Source of the DNA: Myxococcota bacterium | Lineage (GTDB): Bacteria; Myxococcota_A; UBA796; GCA-2862545 | Length of the DNA stretch: 38,780 bases | Direction: 5' to 3' | NCBI GenBank assembly: GCA_039208735.1 | Contig: JBCCQY010000078.1 | Location: 1 to 38,780 of the forward strand | Shown here: piece after piece, positions 1-10,833 of the stretch | Numbering within the stretch: position 1 is the first letter of the stretch | Layout of the letters: the number at the start of each line of letters is the position of its first letter | Translations under genes and position numbers: made by a program | The notes under the pieces: generated by a model | What the model saw: only the letters and a program-made list of their open reading frames with translations | Databases searched by the model: none | What the model was told of the DNA's origin: nothing

Positions 1-189
1 CCCGCGGGCGCTGCTGATGAGCCCATGCTGGCGCAACACGCGCATCAGCTTGCCCGTGTAGTCCATGGAAAGGCCCTCGCCCTCGGCCACATCGCGGATC
101 GAGACCGGCGGTCCATCCGGATTAGGCGAACGGGCCGCCACCGCCATCAGGCAGCGCAGACCGTATTCTTCCTGTGCGGTCAGCTTCAC
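1..189 (-). CDS. Rrf2-family (IscR/SufR-like) transcriptional regulator, N-terminal part; runs off the left edge
   Basis: Not in the ORF track. Manual translation from GTG at 189: MKLTAQEEYGLRCLMAVAARSPNPDGPPVSIRDVAEGEGLSMDYTGKLMRVLRQHGLISSARG, a typical Rrf2 winged-HTH N-terminus (EYGLR...GL+xSxRG). Confidence 0.9.
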   Translation of the reverse strand, partial: MKLTAQEEYGLRCLMAVAARSPNPDGPPVSIRDVAEGEGLSMDYTGKLMRVLRQHGLISSARG

Positions 190-214
190 GATCGGCTCCC
201 GACCGGTCCGTAAC

Positions 215-238
215 ATACTTGACTCAAGAGTCCAGATT
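215..238. promoter_or_regulatory. Imperfect palindrome, candidate Rrf2 autoregulatory operator
   Basis: ATACTTGACTCAAGAGTCCAGATT has the dyad CTnGACTC-AA-GAGTCnAG, lies about 25 bp upstream of the Rrf2 start, and resembles IscR type-1 sites (GACT...AGTC). Confidence 0.6.
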
Positions 239-320
239 CGAGAACACCCTGCTCAACGATGTCGGAAGTCGGCGAGGGAAGGGGTACGGTAAGGTGGCGG
301 ACTCGCCCGTTGGGGGATCG

Positions 321-953
321 ATGATCGCATGGACGATGTTGGTGGCGTGTTCGAGCGAACCGGTGGAGTTTCCGAGCCGGCTTGCGCCGATCGAGGACAA
401 TCAGGCCGAGTGGCCTGGAGACGGCAATAGCTTTCCTGAAGAGATCCAGACGGCCGGCGGCGTCTATGCCTCGGGGGATGGGTACTGGGGCCATGGCCGG
501 GGCTACTTGCAGGCCGATGTCGACACCGTGTGGACGGCCGCCCAGAACATCGATGCGTGCGTGGATCGTCGGGAGGTTGATGAGTGGGTAGTGACCGAAG
601 ACACCCAACCACAGTTTGACGTGTCCTACACGATCACCCAGACCGTGTTCGACCTCATTCGCGTAGAATTCGACATGACGTGGGTCCACGAACGACAAAT
701 GGCGGATGCCGACGATCGGACCACACGAGTGGTGATCCAGTCCGAGAAGACCGATGGGTCGGTGTTCGTAGGGGATCTGCGAGGGTCGTTGCTGCTCGAG
801 GAAGTCGAGCCCGGCATCACGTCTCTCGAGTTTGTTCAGGTGGGAACTTCGTCACAACGTGATCAAGAGACGTCGATCGCGTTTGTGGTGGACTACTTCA
901 CCGACATCAAGGCGATTGTGACCGGCGTTCCGTTGCCCGAATACGAACGCTGA
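321..953 (+). CDS. Putative lipoprotein, possible START/SRPBCC-like fold
   Basis: Start taken at ATG 321 (MIAWTMLVAC, lipobox-like). ADVDTVWTAAQNID followed by alternating beta-strand patterns resembles SRPBCC. Confidence 0.65.
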   Translation: MIAWTMLVACSSEPVEFPSRLAPIEDNQAEWPGDGNSFPEEIQTAGGVYASGDGYWGHGRGYLQADVDTVWTAAQNIDACVDRREVDEWVVTEDTQPQFDVSYTITQTVFDLIRVEFDMTWVHERQMADADDRTTRVVIQSEKTDGSVFVGDLRGSLLLEEVEPGITSLEFVQVGTSSQRDQETSIAFVVDYFTDIKAIVTGVPLPEYER

Positions 954-999
954 ACCTTGTTGTGACGAAGTGCGAGCCTCGTGCGCCGAGAAGCGAGGC

Positions 1000-1908
1000 A
1001 TGGCGAAGAATGCGATCTGGGTGGTGGCTTCGGCGGGTTCGGAGCAATGGATTGGGCGACTGGTGCCCGGTCCGACGGATCGGATTCACGTCCACTTCAA
1101 GCACGAGCAAGGGCCCCTGTTCGTGCCGCTAGGCACCGAAACCACGATTGGGGTGGCGACGGCGGGCATGAGCGCGCCGGTGTGCGAGACGGGGGTGCTC
1201 GTGCGGGTGGACCAACGACGCGAGGAAGCGCTCGAGTGTGTGTTCGAGTTTGATCCGCCGGCCATCTTGTTGGAAGCGGTGCACGGGGCGGTCATCGACT
1301 ACCGTGATGCCCGTCGGCACCGGCGGGCGCGGGTGGATGAGGCGCAGGACGTGCCGATTCCCGTGACATTGCCCGAGGTGGAGCCCTCGGCGCGTCACTT
1401 TGTCGCCCGACTCATCGATGGGTCGGCAGGAGGGTTGGGACTTGCCTTTCCGCGGGTAGCGGAGCCCATTCTGTGCCGTACGACGTTTCTTCGTGCGGTG
1501 GTTCCCCTGCCGGGGCTTGAGCGCACGGGGGAATGGGTCTGCGAGGTTCGGTATCGGTCGGTGATCGATGACGAAACAGTGCGGTACGGGGTGCAGTTTG
1601 TATCGGATGGGCTGGCGGTGGACCCACCCGGGCCTCAGCTCGAGGCGCTGTGGGACTGCCAACTTTGTGGGGCCGAGGCGCTACTTGCGGAAACCCATGC
1701 GTACTGCCCGCGATGTGGGGCGGCGCGGCACGGTCATGAGCAGGAGCCCACGTGGCGCGACTGTGCAACGGTGGAGTCGCATCGGTTTGGCGGGTACGCG
1801 GTGGCTTGCGAGGTGTGCGGCGTCGCGCACAGCGAGCGGGCCCAGTACTGCGGAAACTGTGGGGCATCGATCGGAGAGGACGACGCGGACAGCGACACCG
1901 CACGCTAA
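1000..1908 (+). CDS. PilZ-domain protein with C-terminal zinc ribbons
   Basis: RRHRR...DGSAGGLGL matches the PilZ RxxxR and D/NxSxxG motifs. Four CxxC pairs follow (CQLC, CPRC, CEVC, CGNC). Confidence 0.75.
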   Translation: MAKNAIWVVASAGSEQWIGRLVPGPTDRIHVHFKHEQGPLFVPLGTETTIGVATAGMSAPVCETGVLVRVDQRREEALECVFEFDPPAILLEAVHGAVIDYRDARRHRRARVDEAQDVPIPVTLPEVEPSARHFVARLIDGSAGGLGLAFPRVAEPILCRTTFLRAVVPLPGLERTGEWVCEVRYRSVIDDETVRYGVQFVSDGLAVDPPGPQLEALWDCQLCGAEALLAETHAYCPRCGAARHGHEQEPTWRDCATVESHRFGGYAVACEVCGVAHSERAQYCGNCGASIGEDDADSDTAR

Positions 1909-1925
1909 GCTTCGGTCGAAGGTAG

Positions 1926-3521
<1,596 letters not shown>

Positions 3522-3582
3522 GGGACCTCCAGACCGGTCGCACAGGCTTCGGTCGAGCCGTAAGCTCCCCCGACGTCTGGCG

Positions 3583-4692
3583 CTACAGCTCCGTGACGGC
3601 CGCCCCCACGACCGTGAACACAGAGGCCACCCGGCTCTGCGCAGCATCGTGCGGCAGGCGCGCCGGCACCTCGATCATGCGTCCCAGACGGATGAACAGG
3701 ACCTCTTGGGCATACCAGTCGGGCCACAGCGTGCCGTCGACCTCGAAACTTCCGGTGTCGGGGAAGGTGCACCGCATCTCATCGATGAAGGTCAGGGTGC
3801 CATCGACGTCGTAGGCTCGCTGGAGGTCGAGGACCATCGCATCCCCACCCTGGCCGGTCCATTCCAGCGTGAAGGAGCGGGAAACCGGTTGCAGCATCTC
3901 GGAATCGACGAGTGGTGCGGTAACGGCAAACGATGGCGGGATCTCGACGAGGTCGTCCACCGTGATCGTCGGAAGGCCTTGGCCGACGATGGGACCCAAC
4001 GAAAAGCGCGTTCCCGCCAAGACGTTGTCGGCGAGCAGCGTCCCGCCGAAGTAGCCGGGCGTCTCGAGCGGATCGAGCGTGATGGTGCGGGCATCCGAAA
4101 CGAGCGGCACCCCGGTCGCCTGGATGTCGGTCGCCGGCGGTAGGGATGGGTTGAACGACCAGGTACAACCAGATGTTCCAAAATCGTCGGTGAGCGACCA
4201 ATCCTCGAGATCGGTAAACCCGAATCGAGCGAGTCCCGAGGATTGCTCCGTCGGCGCCCAGTAGTCTCCAACGAGCTGGTTGCGTCGCACCTCTCCGATG
4301 AGCCCCACCCGATCCCGGCGCTTGTCGAAATAGGTGAAGGCTCCTTCGAGGAAGCTGAACCGTGGGCCCTGCTCGACCCAAACCGACGCCATGCCTGGCG
4401 ATCCGGGGGGGGCGATCACAACAAGCGCATCCGCTTCGCTCTCGACCAGCGTAGCCTCGGTCTCGCCAAAGCGAACCGACAGATCGCCCGAGGGAAAGCT
4501 GCCCCGAATCACGACTTCGATGCCTCCATCGCTCGGCCCAGCGGTGGGCTCGACACGCACGAGCCGAAGATCCCCGACCACGGACGGAACGCCGGTGTCC
4601 AAGGGGGACTTCAGTTCGGGGAGCGGTTTGAGGGGGGCGGGTTCGCCGAAGAAAAGCGAGCAGCTCAGCAACCCCGACACGACCGTCACCAT
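3583..4692 (-). CDS. IPT/TIG-domain putative lipoprotein
   Basis: GGAGGT before ATG 4692; LLSC lipobox-like; VEPTAGPSDGGIEVVIRGSF...VRFG...VIAPPG is an IPT/TIG pattern. Confidence 0.8.
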   Translation of the reverse strand: MVTVVSGLLSCSLFFGEPAPLKPLPELKSPLDTGVPSVVGDLRLVRVEPTAGPSDGGIEVVIRGSFPSGDLSVRFGETEATLVESEADALVVIAPPGSPGMASVWVEQGPRFSFLEGAFTYFDKRRDRVGLIGEVRRNQLVGDYWAPTEQSSGLARFGFTDLEDWSLTDDFGTSGCTWSFNPSLPPATDIQATGVPLVSDARTITLDPLETPGYFGGTLLADNVLAGTRFSLGPIVGQGLPTITVDDLVEIPPSFAVTAPLVDSEMLQPVSRSFTLEWTGQGGDAMVLDLQRAYDVDGTLTFIDEMRCTFPDTGSFEVDGTLWPDWYAQEVLFIRLGRMIEVPARLPHDAAQSRVASVFTVVGAAVTEL

Positions 4693-4867
4693 GCGACCTC
4701 CGTCCCGCTGTCGACGCGCGACCGTACCTCGTCGTGAGACGGGTCGCCATGGCGGCAACCTCCAAGACGGGGCAAAAAGGGTCAGCTCGAGTTGCCGAGC
4801 CGCGGTCGGTCCGACTCGATGCGGCTATGCTCCGGATCGGGGAAGAGCCTTGGCCATGTCCGGCGGA

Positions 4868-5494
4868 ATGAGTGCCCACGAAGTGCTTGGGATCGCGCCT
4901 CGGGCGAGCGCGAAAGAGATCCGTCGTGCCTACAAGCGACTGGCTCGCAAGTACCACCCTGACCGAAATCCTTCCGCGGAAGCGGTTGAGAAGTTCAAAG
5001 CTGTAAAGGCTGCGCATGACAGCATGCTGGCCGCGTTGGAGGCGGGGGCTCCGCCTCCTCCCAAGCCGGACCAAAGCCCCGGATTTTCTCAAACCCGCAG
5101 CTCGGCGAGCCGAAGAACGGGGTCGGGTGCTTCGCGCAACTGGCGTACGACGGATCCCGGACCTCGTTGGCGCGACACGGGTTGGACGAAAACCGGAGCC
5201 GGTCGGGCGCGAACCACCAGCCGGCGGGCGCCTCGACGTCCTGAACCTAAAGTCACCTACCGGGATGCCGTCGATCCCGAAGAACTCATGTACGAGTTCG
5301 AGCCTCGCGACATCTACCGATCCAGCATTTGGATGATCGCGATCTTTACTTGGTTCGTGATGTTCTTTGGCTTCGTGCTCGGGCTAAGGAGCATGGGCCG
5401 CCCGACAACGGCCCCCGAGGTCGAACCAACGGAGGAGCGGCCCGAGACTCCCGACACGCCACGGCCCAGCCGCCGCCGCCCGGGAGTCCGGTAG
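4868..5494 (+). CDS. J-domain protein with C-terminal transmembrane helix
   Basis: HEVLGI...EIRRAYKRLARKYHPDRNP (HPD motif); hydrophobic IWMIAIFTWFVMFFGFVLGL. Alternative start at 4856. Confidence 0.88.
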   Translation: MSAHEVLGIAPRASAKEIRRAYKRLARKYHPDRNPSAEAVEKFKAVKAAHDSMLAALEAGAPPPPKPDQSPGFSQTRSSASRRTGSGASRNWRTTDPGPRWRDTGWTKTGAGRARTTSRRAPRRPEPKVTYRDAVDPEELMYEFEPRDIYRSSIWMIAIFTWFVMFFGFVLGLRSMGRPTTAPEVEPTEERPETPDTPRPSRRRPGVR

Positions 5495-5506
5495 CGGAGG
5501 GAAGCG

Positions 5507-6871
5507 ATGGCCAAGCCCACATTGCTGGTCTGCGACGATGAGGAAATGATTCGCTTCGCCCTCGTGGCCCACTTCGAAAAGCGAGGGTTCGAGGTCAGGA
5601 CGGCGAACGATGGCATGGAAGCGCTTGAGCGGGTCAAGGAACAGTCGCCCGACGTCATGTTGCTCGACGTCAAGATGCCCAAGATGGACGGGATCGAGAC
5701 CCTAAGGGAACTCCGTCGCCTTGGCTACGAGCTGCCGGTCATCGTGCTGACGGCCCACGGGGGCGTCGACACCGCGATCGAAGCCACCAAGCTAGGAGCG
5801 GTAGGCTTTCTGGCGAAGCCGTTCGACGTGCGCGAGGTGGCGCTCACCGTCGATAAGGCCCTCGATGAGCAGCGGCTGAAGAACGAGGTTCATTACTACC
5901 GGCAACGGCTGAACCGTGGCTATGGCGAGTTCATTGGCGCATCACCAGCGCTTGAACCGTTGTTCAACGTGCTGCGGCGTCTCGAGACGGTCGAGGCGCC
6001 GACGGTGCTGGTGACGGGTGAGTCGGGCACGGGCAAAGACGTGGTTGCGCGTACCCTCCACAGCAAAGGGCCTCGTCGGGAGCGCCCGTTTGTGGCCATC
6101 GACTGCGCCGCGCTGCCTGAAACCCTCATGGAATCCGAGCTGTTTGGGCATGAGAAGGGTTCATTTACCGATGCCAAGGCGCTCAAGCGGGGGCTGCTGG
6201 AGGTGGCCGACGGTGGCGTGGTGTTTCTCGACGAGATCGGAGAGCTGCCGGTGGGCACCCAGTCCAAACTCCTGCGCGCCCTCGAAGACCGCACGTTCAA
6301 GCGGGTCGGGGGCACCCGTCGGCTTCCTTTCGATGTGGGCATTGTTGCAGCGACGAATCGGAATCTGAAGGAGGAGGTCGCCGCAGGCCGGTTCCGCGAA
6401 GACCTCTTCTTTCGGCTTGACGTCATCGCGCTGCCGGTGCCCCCACTAAGGGAGCGGAAAGGTGACGTTTCCCTCCTCGTGGACCACTTCCTGGCCAAGT
6501 TCGCAGCCCAGCATGGCCGAGAGGTGCCCGGGATTGCGGGCGACGCGTTGGAGCGGCTCGAAAACCACGCCTGGCCCGGCAACGTGCGCGAACTTCGCAA
6601 CGTGGTCGAACGATTGGTGCTCCTCGGGCCGAGTGACATCGTTCGGATTGAGGATTTACCCTCGAACATTCGCTGGAATCGCCCCCGGCGGGGCCATGAC
6701 GGCTGTCCGTTTGATCTTCCGGAGGAGGGCATCGAGCTAGAGGCGGTCGAGCGGGGGCTCATCGAGCAGGCGCTCGAGCGCACCGAAGGCAACCAATCTG
6801 CCGCGGCTCGGTTGCTCGGATTGACTAGATATCAACTTCGCTATCGGGTGGAGAAGCATGGCCTCGGATGA
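5507..6871 (+). CDS. NtrC/AtoC-family sigma54-dependent response regulator
   Basis: Receiver (VCDDE, LLDVKMP, AKPF); AAA+ (GESGTGKD, ESELFGHEKGSFTDA, FLDEIGE, FREDLFFRL, WPGNVRELRN); Fis HTH (GNQSAAARLLGL). Confidence 0.96.
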   Translation: MAKPTLLVCDDEEMIRFALVAHFEKRGFEVRTANDGMEALERVKEQSPDVMLLDVKMPKMDGIETLRELRRLGYELPVIVLTAHGGVDTAIEATKLGAVGFLAKPFDVREVALTVDKALDEQRLKNEVHYYRQRLNRGYGEFIGASPALEPLFNVLRRLETVEAPTVLVTGESGTGKDVVARTLHSKGPRRERPFVAIDCAALPETLMESELFGHEKGSFTDAKALKRGLLEVADGGVVFLDEIGELPVGTQSKLLRALEDRTFKRVGGTRRLPFDVGIVAATNRNLKEEVAAGRFREDLFFRLDVIALPVPPLRERKGDVSLLVDHFLAKFAAQHGREVPGIAGDALERLENHAWPGNVRELRNVVERLVLLGPSDIVRIEDLPSNIRWNRPRRGHDGCPFDLPEEGIELEAVERGLIEQALERTEGNQSAAARLLGLTRYQLRYRVEKHGLG

Positions 6872-7670
6872 TCCACTGGCGGGGGCAGACCCCTCCGATG
6901 CGAGCACCTTCTTGCCGGCCGCCACGGCGCTCCTGACGCAATGGGGCCTGCAAGTAGGCGAGCAACTGCATGGCCTGGCCGAGGTGGAATTCTACAGCCA
7001 CGCGCCAGGTCATGAAGATCCGTTCACCCACCAGCATCCGGGTCAGCGAACGCAGTCCTCGTGGTACTTCCATCAGGAGGGCAAGAGCTTTCGGGGGGGG
7101 ACGTTCAAGGGGCTTGATCTGACGTTTGGTCCGGCCAACGTCCCGACCGGCATCTTGATTCGGACGTTGCGCAAACCAGACGGATCGCTCGTCAATGGGA
7201 GTTCGAACTGCGTTGAGCACCTGCTGACGACGACGGGCCATCCCACAGTGGCAGCATTGCATGGGGCGCTCGGGGGTCGCACGATCCTCGAGCCGGGAGG
7301 CCCGTTGCAGCTGGTGCGGTTGCCGAAGCCTCTCGACCGGCCCGTGATCGCCACTGCGCGGGTGGGGCTGACACTGGCGCGTGCGGCTCGGTATCCTGCG
7401 ATGACCCTGTACTTTGGTCAGCCCTACCGGTTTCTCACCGAACCGACGATTCGAAAGGGCAAACCTCAAACGATTCTTGCGCTGCATCGTCAAGGCCACG
7501 AGACGGCCTCGTTGCCGAGGGTCGTCTCGAGCACGAAACCGGCCGTCCAGCGCGCCATCGACGCATTCGAGCGCGGCCGAAACGGCGATTTGACCTCGTT
7601 CATCGGCCAGCGAATCGCGACGACGGCGTGGCCCGAGGTCTATGGGGCGTGGGTCGCCGCCTCGGACTGA
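6858..7670 (+). CDS. Uncharacterised protein with methylpurine-DNA-glycosylase (MPG/AAG)-like motifs
   Basis: EVEFY...DPFTH, WYFH, GILIR, NG, ARVGL and PYRF parallel the MPG motifs EtEAY...D, vLIR, GP, RIGI and PWRF. Overlaps the end of the regulator gene by 14 nt. Confidence 0.65.
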   Translation: MASDDPLAGADPSDASTFLPAATALLTQWGLQVGEQLHGLAEVEFYSHAPGHEDPFTHQHPGQRTQSSWYFHQEGKSFRGGTFKGLDLTFGPANVPTGILIRTLRKPDGSLVNGSSNCVEHLLTTTGHPTVAALHGALGGRTILEPGGPLQLVRLPKPLDRPVIATARVGLTLARAARYPAMTLYFGQPYRFLTEPTIRKGKPQTILALHRQGHETASLPRVVSSTKPAVQRAIDAFERGRNGDLTSFIGQRIATTAWPEVYGAWVAASD

Positions 7671-8440
7671 AGCAACGGTAGAACGGCATCGAGCAGCGCG
7701 GGATCGCCACATGCCACCACGTCGGCTCGACCATCGACGCGGTCTAAGTCTCGGCCGGCCCAGTCGGTGACGCGGCCGCCCGCCCCACGCACGATGGGCG
7801 CCCAAGGCGCGTAATCGTAGGGCTCGAGGCCCGTCTCGACGATGAGATCGAGGTGCCCCAGGGCGAGGAGGCCCACGTTGTAGGCATCGCCGCCCCAGCT
7901 CACGACGTGCACGGCGTCGGTCAATCGTTCGAGCACCCGCTCTCGACCCTTGAAGAACGCAGGGCTGGTGCTTGCCATTCGCGCTTGCGCGAGGGAGATG
8001 CCCGTTCGCGTGGCGCACCGGGTCTCGGTCGGGCCGCAGATGAACGTGGTGCCCTCGGACGTTCCCACCCATCGCTCCTCTAGGATGGGCTGGTCGACGA
8101 TGCCGAGCACGGGTCGTGCGTGATCGGTGAGGGCGAGCAGCGTGGTGAAGGTCGCCTTGCCGCAGGCAAACGCAATGGTGCCGTCGATGGGGTCGATGAT
8201 CCAGCGCATTGGCGCTTCGGGCCGCACCGTTGGCAGCTCTTCCCCAAGGATGCCCACGTCGGGGGTCCGGTCTTCGAGAACCGCTCGTATCGCGCGCTCT
8301 GACGCCCGATCTGCCTCGGTTACGATCGGCGAGGAAGCTTCTTTCTGCTCGGCACGGACGCCGCTTCGGAACAAGGTGCGCAGGCCGACGCCGGCTGCGT
8401 CCACCGCAGCGAGGGCGGCTGCGAGGTGATCAGAGGTCAC
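7640..8440 (-). CDS. hisN: Inositol monophosphatase family, histidinol-phosphate phosphatase (HisN)-like
   Basis: SPIVTEADRASE, ILGEE, WIIDPIDGTIAF, GIVDQPILEERWVG, GGDAY and GAGGRVTDWAG motifs. Confidence 0.8.
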   Translation of the reverse strand: MTSDHLAAALAAVDAAGVGLRTLFRSGVRAEQKEASSPIVTEADRASERAIRAVLEDRTPDVGILGEELPTVRPEAPMRWIIDPIDGTIAFACGKATFTTLLALTDHARPVLGIVDQPILEERWVGTSEGTTFICGPTETRCATRTGISLAQARMASTSPAFFKGRERVLERLTDAVHVVSWGGDAYNVGLLALGHLDLIVETGLEPYDYAPWAPIVRGAGGRVTDWAGRDLDRVDGRADVVACGDPALLDAVLPLLQSEAATHAP

Positions 8441-8979
8441 GCGGACTCCTCGGAGGCGGCGGTCGCGATGGAGGCTTCGAGCTGCTTCAGCTCTGGATTA
8501 TCGGGGAACTGGCGTTGGGCGGCTTCGAGTTGCTCCGCCGCTCCCACCACAAGGCCTTCCCGCAGCAATCGTTCGACCCGGACCTGTGCGGCGAGCGGAT
8601 CGGAAAAGCGAACGGCAGGCTTTTCAAAGCGTTCCCGAAGCTTGGCGGCATCATCGCGGCCCTTGGGGTGCTGTTCAAGCCTGGACAGGGCTTCGTCGCG
8701 AAGGGTGCGTTGATCGTAGCGAAGGGCCTCAAGTGCGAGGCCCACCAGGCGCAGCCGACGGGTGCCCGCGAGCTGGAGGGCTTGATCGGCGAGTTCGGCC
8801 CGCTCCCCATCGTCAGCCCGAACCATGCGTCGCACAAATCCCTTGATTTGCTTGCTACGGACGGATTCGAGCCACGGAGGAAGCGCCAGCACGCCAGCGA
8901 CGATCAAGACGATGGGGATGGCCCAAGGGGGCACGAGTTGCCCCACCACGCCCGCAAGATCGGTGAAGATGCGCGTCAT
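8437..8979 (-). CDS. Membrane-anchored alpha-helical (TPR-like) hypothetical protein
   Basis: N-terminal hydrophobic helix; C-terminal AAQRQFPDNPEL is TPR-like; GTGA overlap with the hisN-like gene. Confidence 0.7.
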   Translation of the reverse strand: MTRIFTDLAGVVGQLVPPWAIPIVLIVAGVLALPPWLESVRSKQIKGFVRRMVRADDGERAELADQALQLAGTRRLRLVGLALEALRYDQRTLRDEALSRLEQHPKGRDDAAKLRERFEKPAVRFSDPLAAQVRVERLLREGLVVGAAEQLEAAQRQFPDNPELKQLEASIATAASEESA

Positions 8980-9009
8980 GGCTCTCCGAGCGAGGCCTTC
9001 GCACTCCGA

Positions 9010-9624
9010 TCACGCCTCGCCGGCGACCTGTACCCAGTCCACCGACGCGAGTCGAGACATCATCTGGACGAACGCATCCGGTGGATGGACCGTGATGTCT
9101 TCGTCTCCGTGTTCGACGGGGATCGGGTGCCACTGCTGGCCGTCGAACCAGAAGAGCTGGTCGGACAAAAGCCCCTCTTTCGTGCTTTCGAAGTGACCGA
9201 GGGCGGAGGCGAGCGACTGGAGGCCGTCGATGCTCGCCGCAGACTCCATCGGAGCGCACAGCAGCTGGTCCGGCTCGGGAACCGCGACGATGACGCCCCC
9301 GAACGGCAGGGGTTCCATCAGTTCTGGGAGCACCATCATGCGCGAACTGGCGAGGCCATCCGCAGCGTCGAGGTAGCGAAGCTCAGGAAGGGTGTCGACC
9401 TCCCGCAACTCTCCGGGATGGGCCACCTCACGAAGCCCTGCCCACGCGACGTCAAACGCCTCGTCGAGGGTGAGATCGAGGTCTTCGAGGTCGTCTTCGG
9501 TGACGAGGGATAGCGTTCCATCGACATCGGCGGCGACCGCCAGATAGAGGTGCCCCTCGATGAACGGACGGCTCGCTTCGACCGGACAATCGAGCAGGAC
9601 GAGGCGAAGATCATGCGAGTCCAT
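9010..9624 (-). CDS. Hypothetical protein, DUF1444/YtpQ-like
   Basis: LAVAAD...LVTEDDLEDLDLT, DGLASSR (compare DGYDASR) and IVAVPEPDQL (compare AVPhqDvL). GGAG SD upstream. Confidence 0.6.
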   Translation of the reverse strand: MDSHDLRLVLLDCPVEASRPFIEGHLYLAVAADVDGTLSLVTEDDLEDLDLTLDEAFDVAWAGLREVAHPGELREVDTLPELRYLDAADGLASSRMMVLPELMEPLPFGGVIVAVPEPDQLLCAPMESAASIDGLQSLASALGHFESTKEGLLSDQLFWFDGQQWHPIPVEHGDEDITVHPPDAFVQMMSRLASVDWVQVAGEA

Positions 9625-9897
9625 GTTGGTCTCCGAGGGCCGACTCCGGACTGGGAATGTAGTTTCCGCAGTTCGGGCGATGCATACCTCTCGATCCGTA
9701 TTGATCGGGTCTACAGGAATGCCTGTAAGAAAATGTCACCGCCCTCTGGGCCCAGGTCCCATCCGACTTGTCGGCGCTTCAAAGATTATTCCATGAAGAA
9801 CCGTAACTTTCTGGTTGTCGGGTACCTGCCCGTAGTCGGGCAGGGGCTCCTCTGGTGAACATCTCCACACTGGTCTATTTCGGGCGAGGATGACACA

Positions 9898-10806
9898 ATG
9901 CAGGTTTCGATTACCAATGTGCACTTGGATCTCGGAGCTGGGCGGCGCGGCACCGATATGGGGCCTTCCGCCATTCATGTTGCAGGGTTAGTGCCCCAGC
10001 TCACCTCACTTGGCCATGAGGTGACGCGCGTGGCGCCGATCGAGAGCCCCGGCTTCGAACACGCCGGCGACGTGGGCAATCCGAGAGCCCGGTTTCTGGG
10101 ACCTATCGAGCGAACCTGCCGGCTATTGGCCGACCATGTGGAGCACGACGTTCAACAGGGCCACTTGCCGCTCGTGCTTGGGGGAGACCACGCCCAGGCC
10201 ATCGGCACGATCTCGGGCCTGGCGCGGGCCTGGCGTCAACGAGGGGAGCGCGTCGGGGTCCTCTGGATCGACGCGCACACCGACATGAACACCCCGGACA
10301 CGACGGTCTCCGGCAACATTCATGGGATGCCACTGGCCGCCCTTCTCGGTCATGGACCGGCAGAGTTGGTCGCGCTCGCCGGAGAACAGCCCGCCTTACG
10401 TCCCGAGGATGTCGCGATTCTGGGGGTGCGCAGCGTCGACCAAACCGAATCGAGTCTGGTCGCGCAGACGGGCGTTCGCGTCTACACGATGAGCGAGATC
10501 GACCAGCGCGGGGCTGCTGCATGCATTGAAGAGGCGCTGGAGCGGGTGACCCGGCACACCGTAGGGGTGCACCTGTCGTTCGACCTCGACGGCGTGGATC
10601 CGCGCGAAGCGCCCGGCGTGGGCACGCCGGTTCCCGGAGGACTCACGATTCGAGAGAGTCACCTCATCTGTGAGCGGGTGGCCCAATCCAAGAAGCTGCT
10701 TGGCATGGAGATGGTGGAACTCAACCCCACACTCGATGAGCGCAACCAGACAGGTCAGCTCGCGGTGTGGCTTATCCTTTCCGCGATGGGCAAGACGATT
10801 CTGTAG
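9898..10806 (+). CDS. rocF: Arginase
   Basis: LGAGRRGTDMGPSAI, LGGDH, WIDAHTDMNT, SGNIHGMP, SFDLDGVDP, PGVGTPVPGG and VELNP motifs. Confidence 0.95.
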   Translation: MQVSITNVHLDLGAGRRGTDMGPSAIHVAGLVPQLTSLGHEVTRVAPIESPGFEHAGDVGNPRARFLGPIERTCRLLADHVEHDVQQGHLPLVLGGDHAQAIGTISGLARAWRQRGERVGVLWIDAHTDMNTPDTTVSGNIHGMPLAALLGHGPAELVALAGEQPALRPEDVAILGVRSVDQTESSLVAQTGVRVYTMSEIDQRGAAACIEEALERVTRHTVGVHLSFDLDGVDPREAPGVGTPVPGGLTIRESHLICERVAQSKKLLGMEMVELNPTLDERNQTGQLAVWLILSAMGKTIL

Positions 10807-10833
10807 TCCGCTTGCCGGAGCTTCCGTCGCCCT

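Noticed and set aside
9793..9858. 21-aa ORF upstream of arginase as an arginine-sensing leader
   Set aside because: It has only one Arg codon, no SD, and no alternative helix over the arginase RBS.
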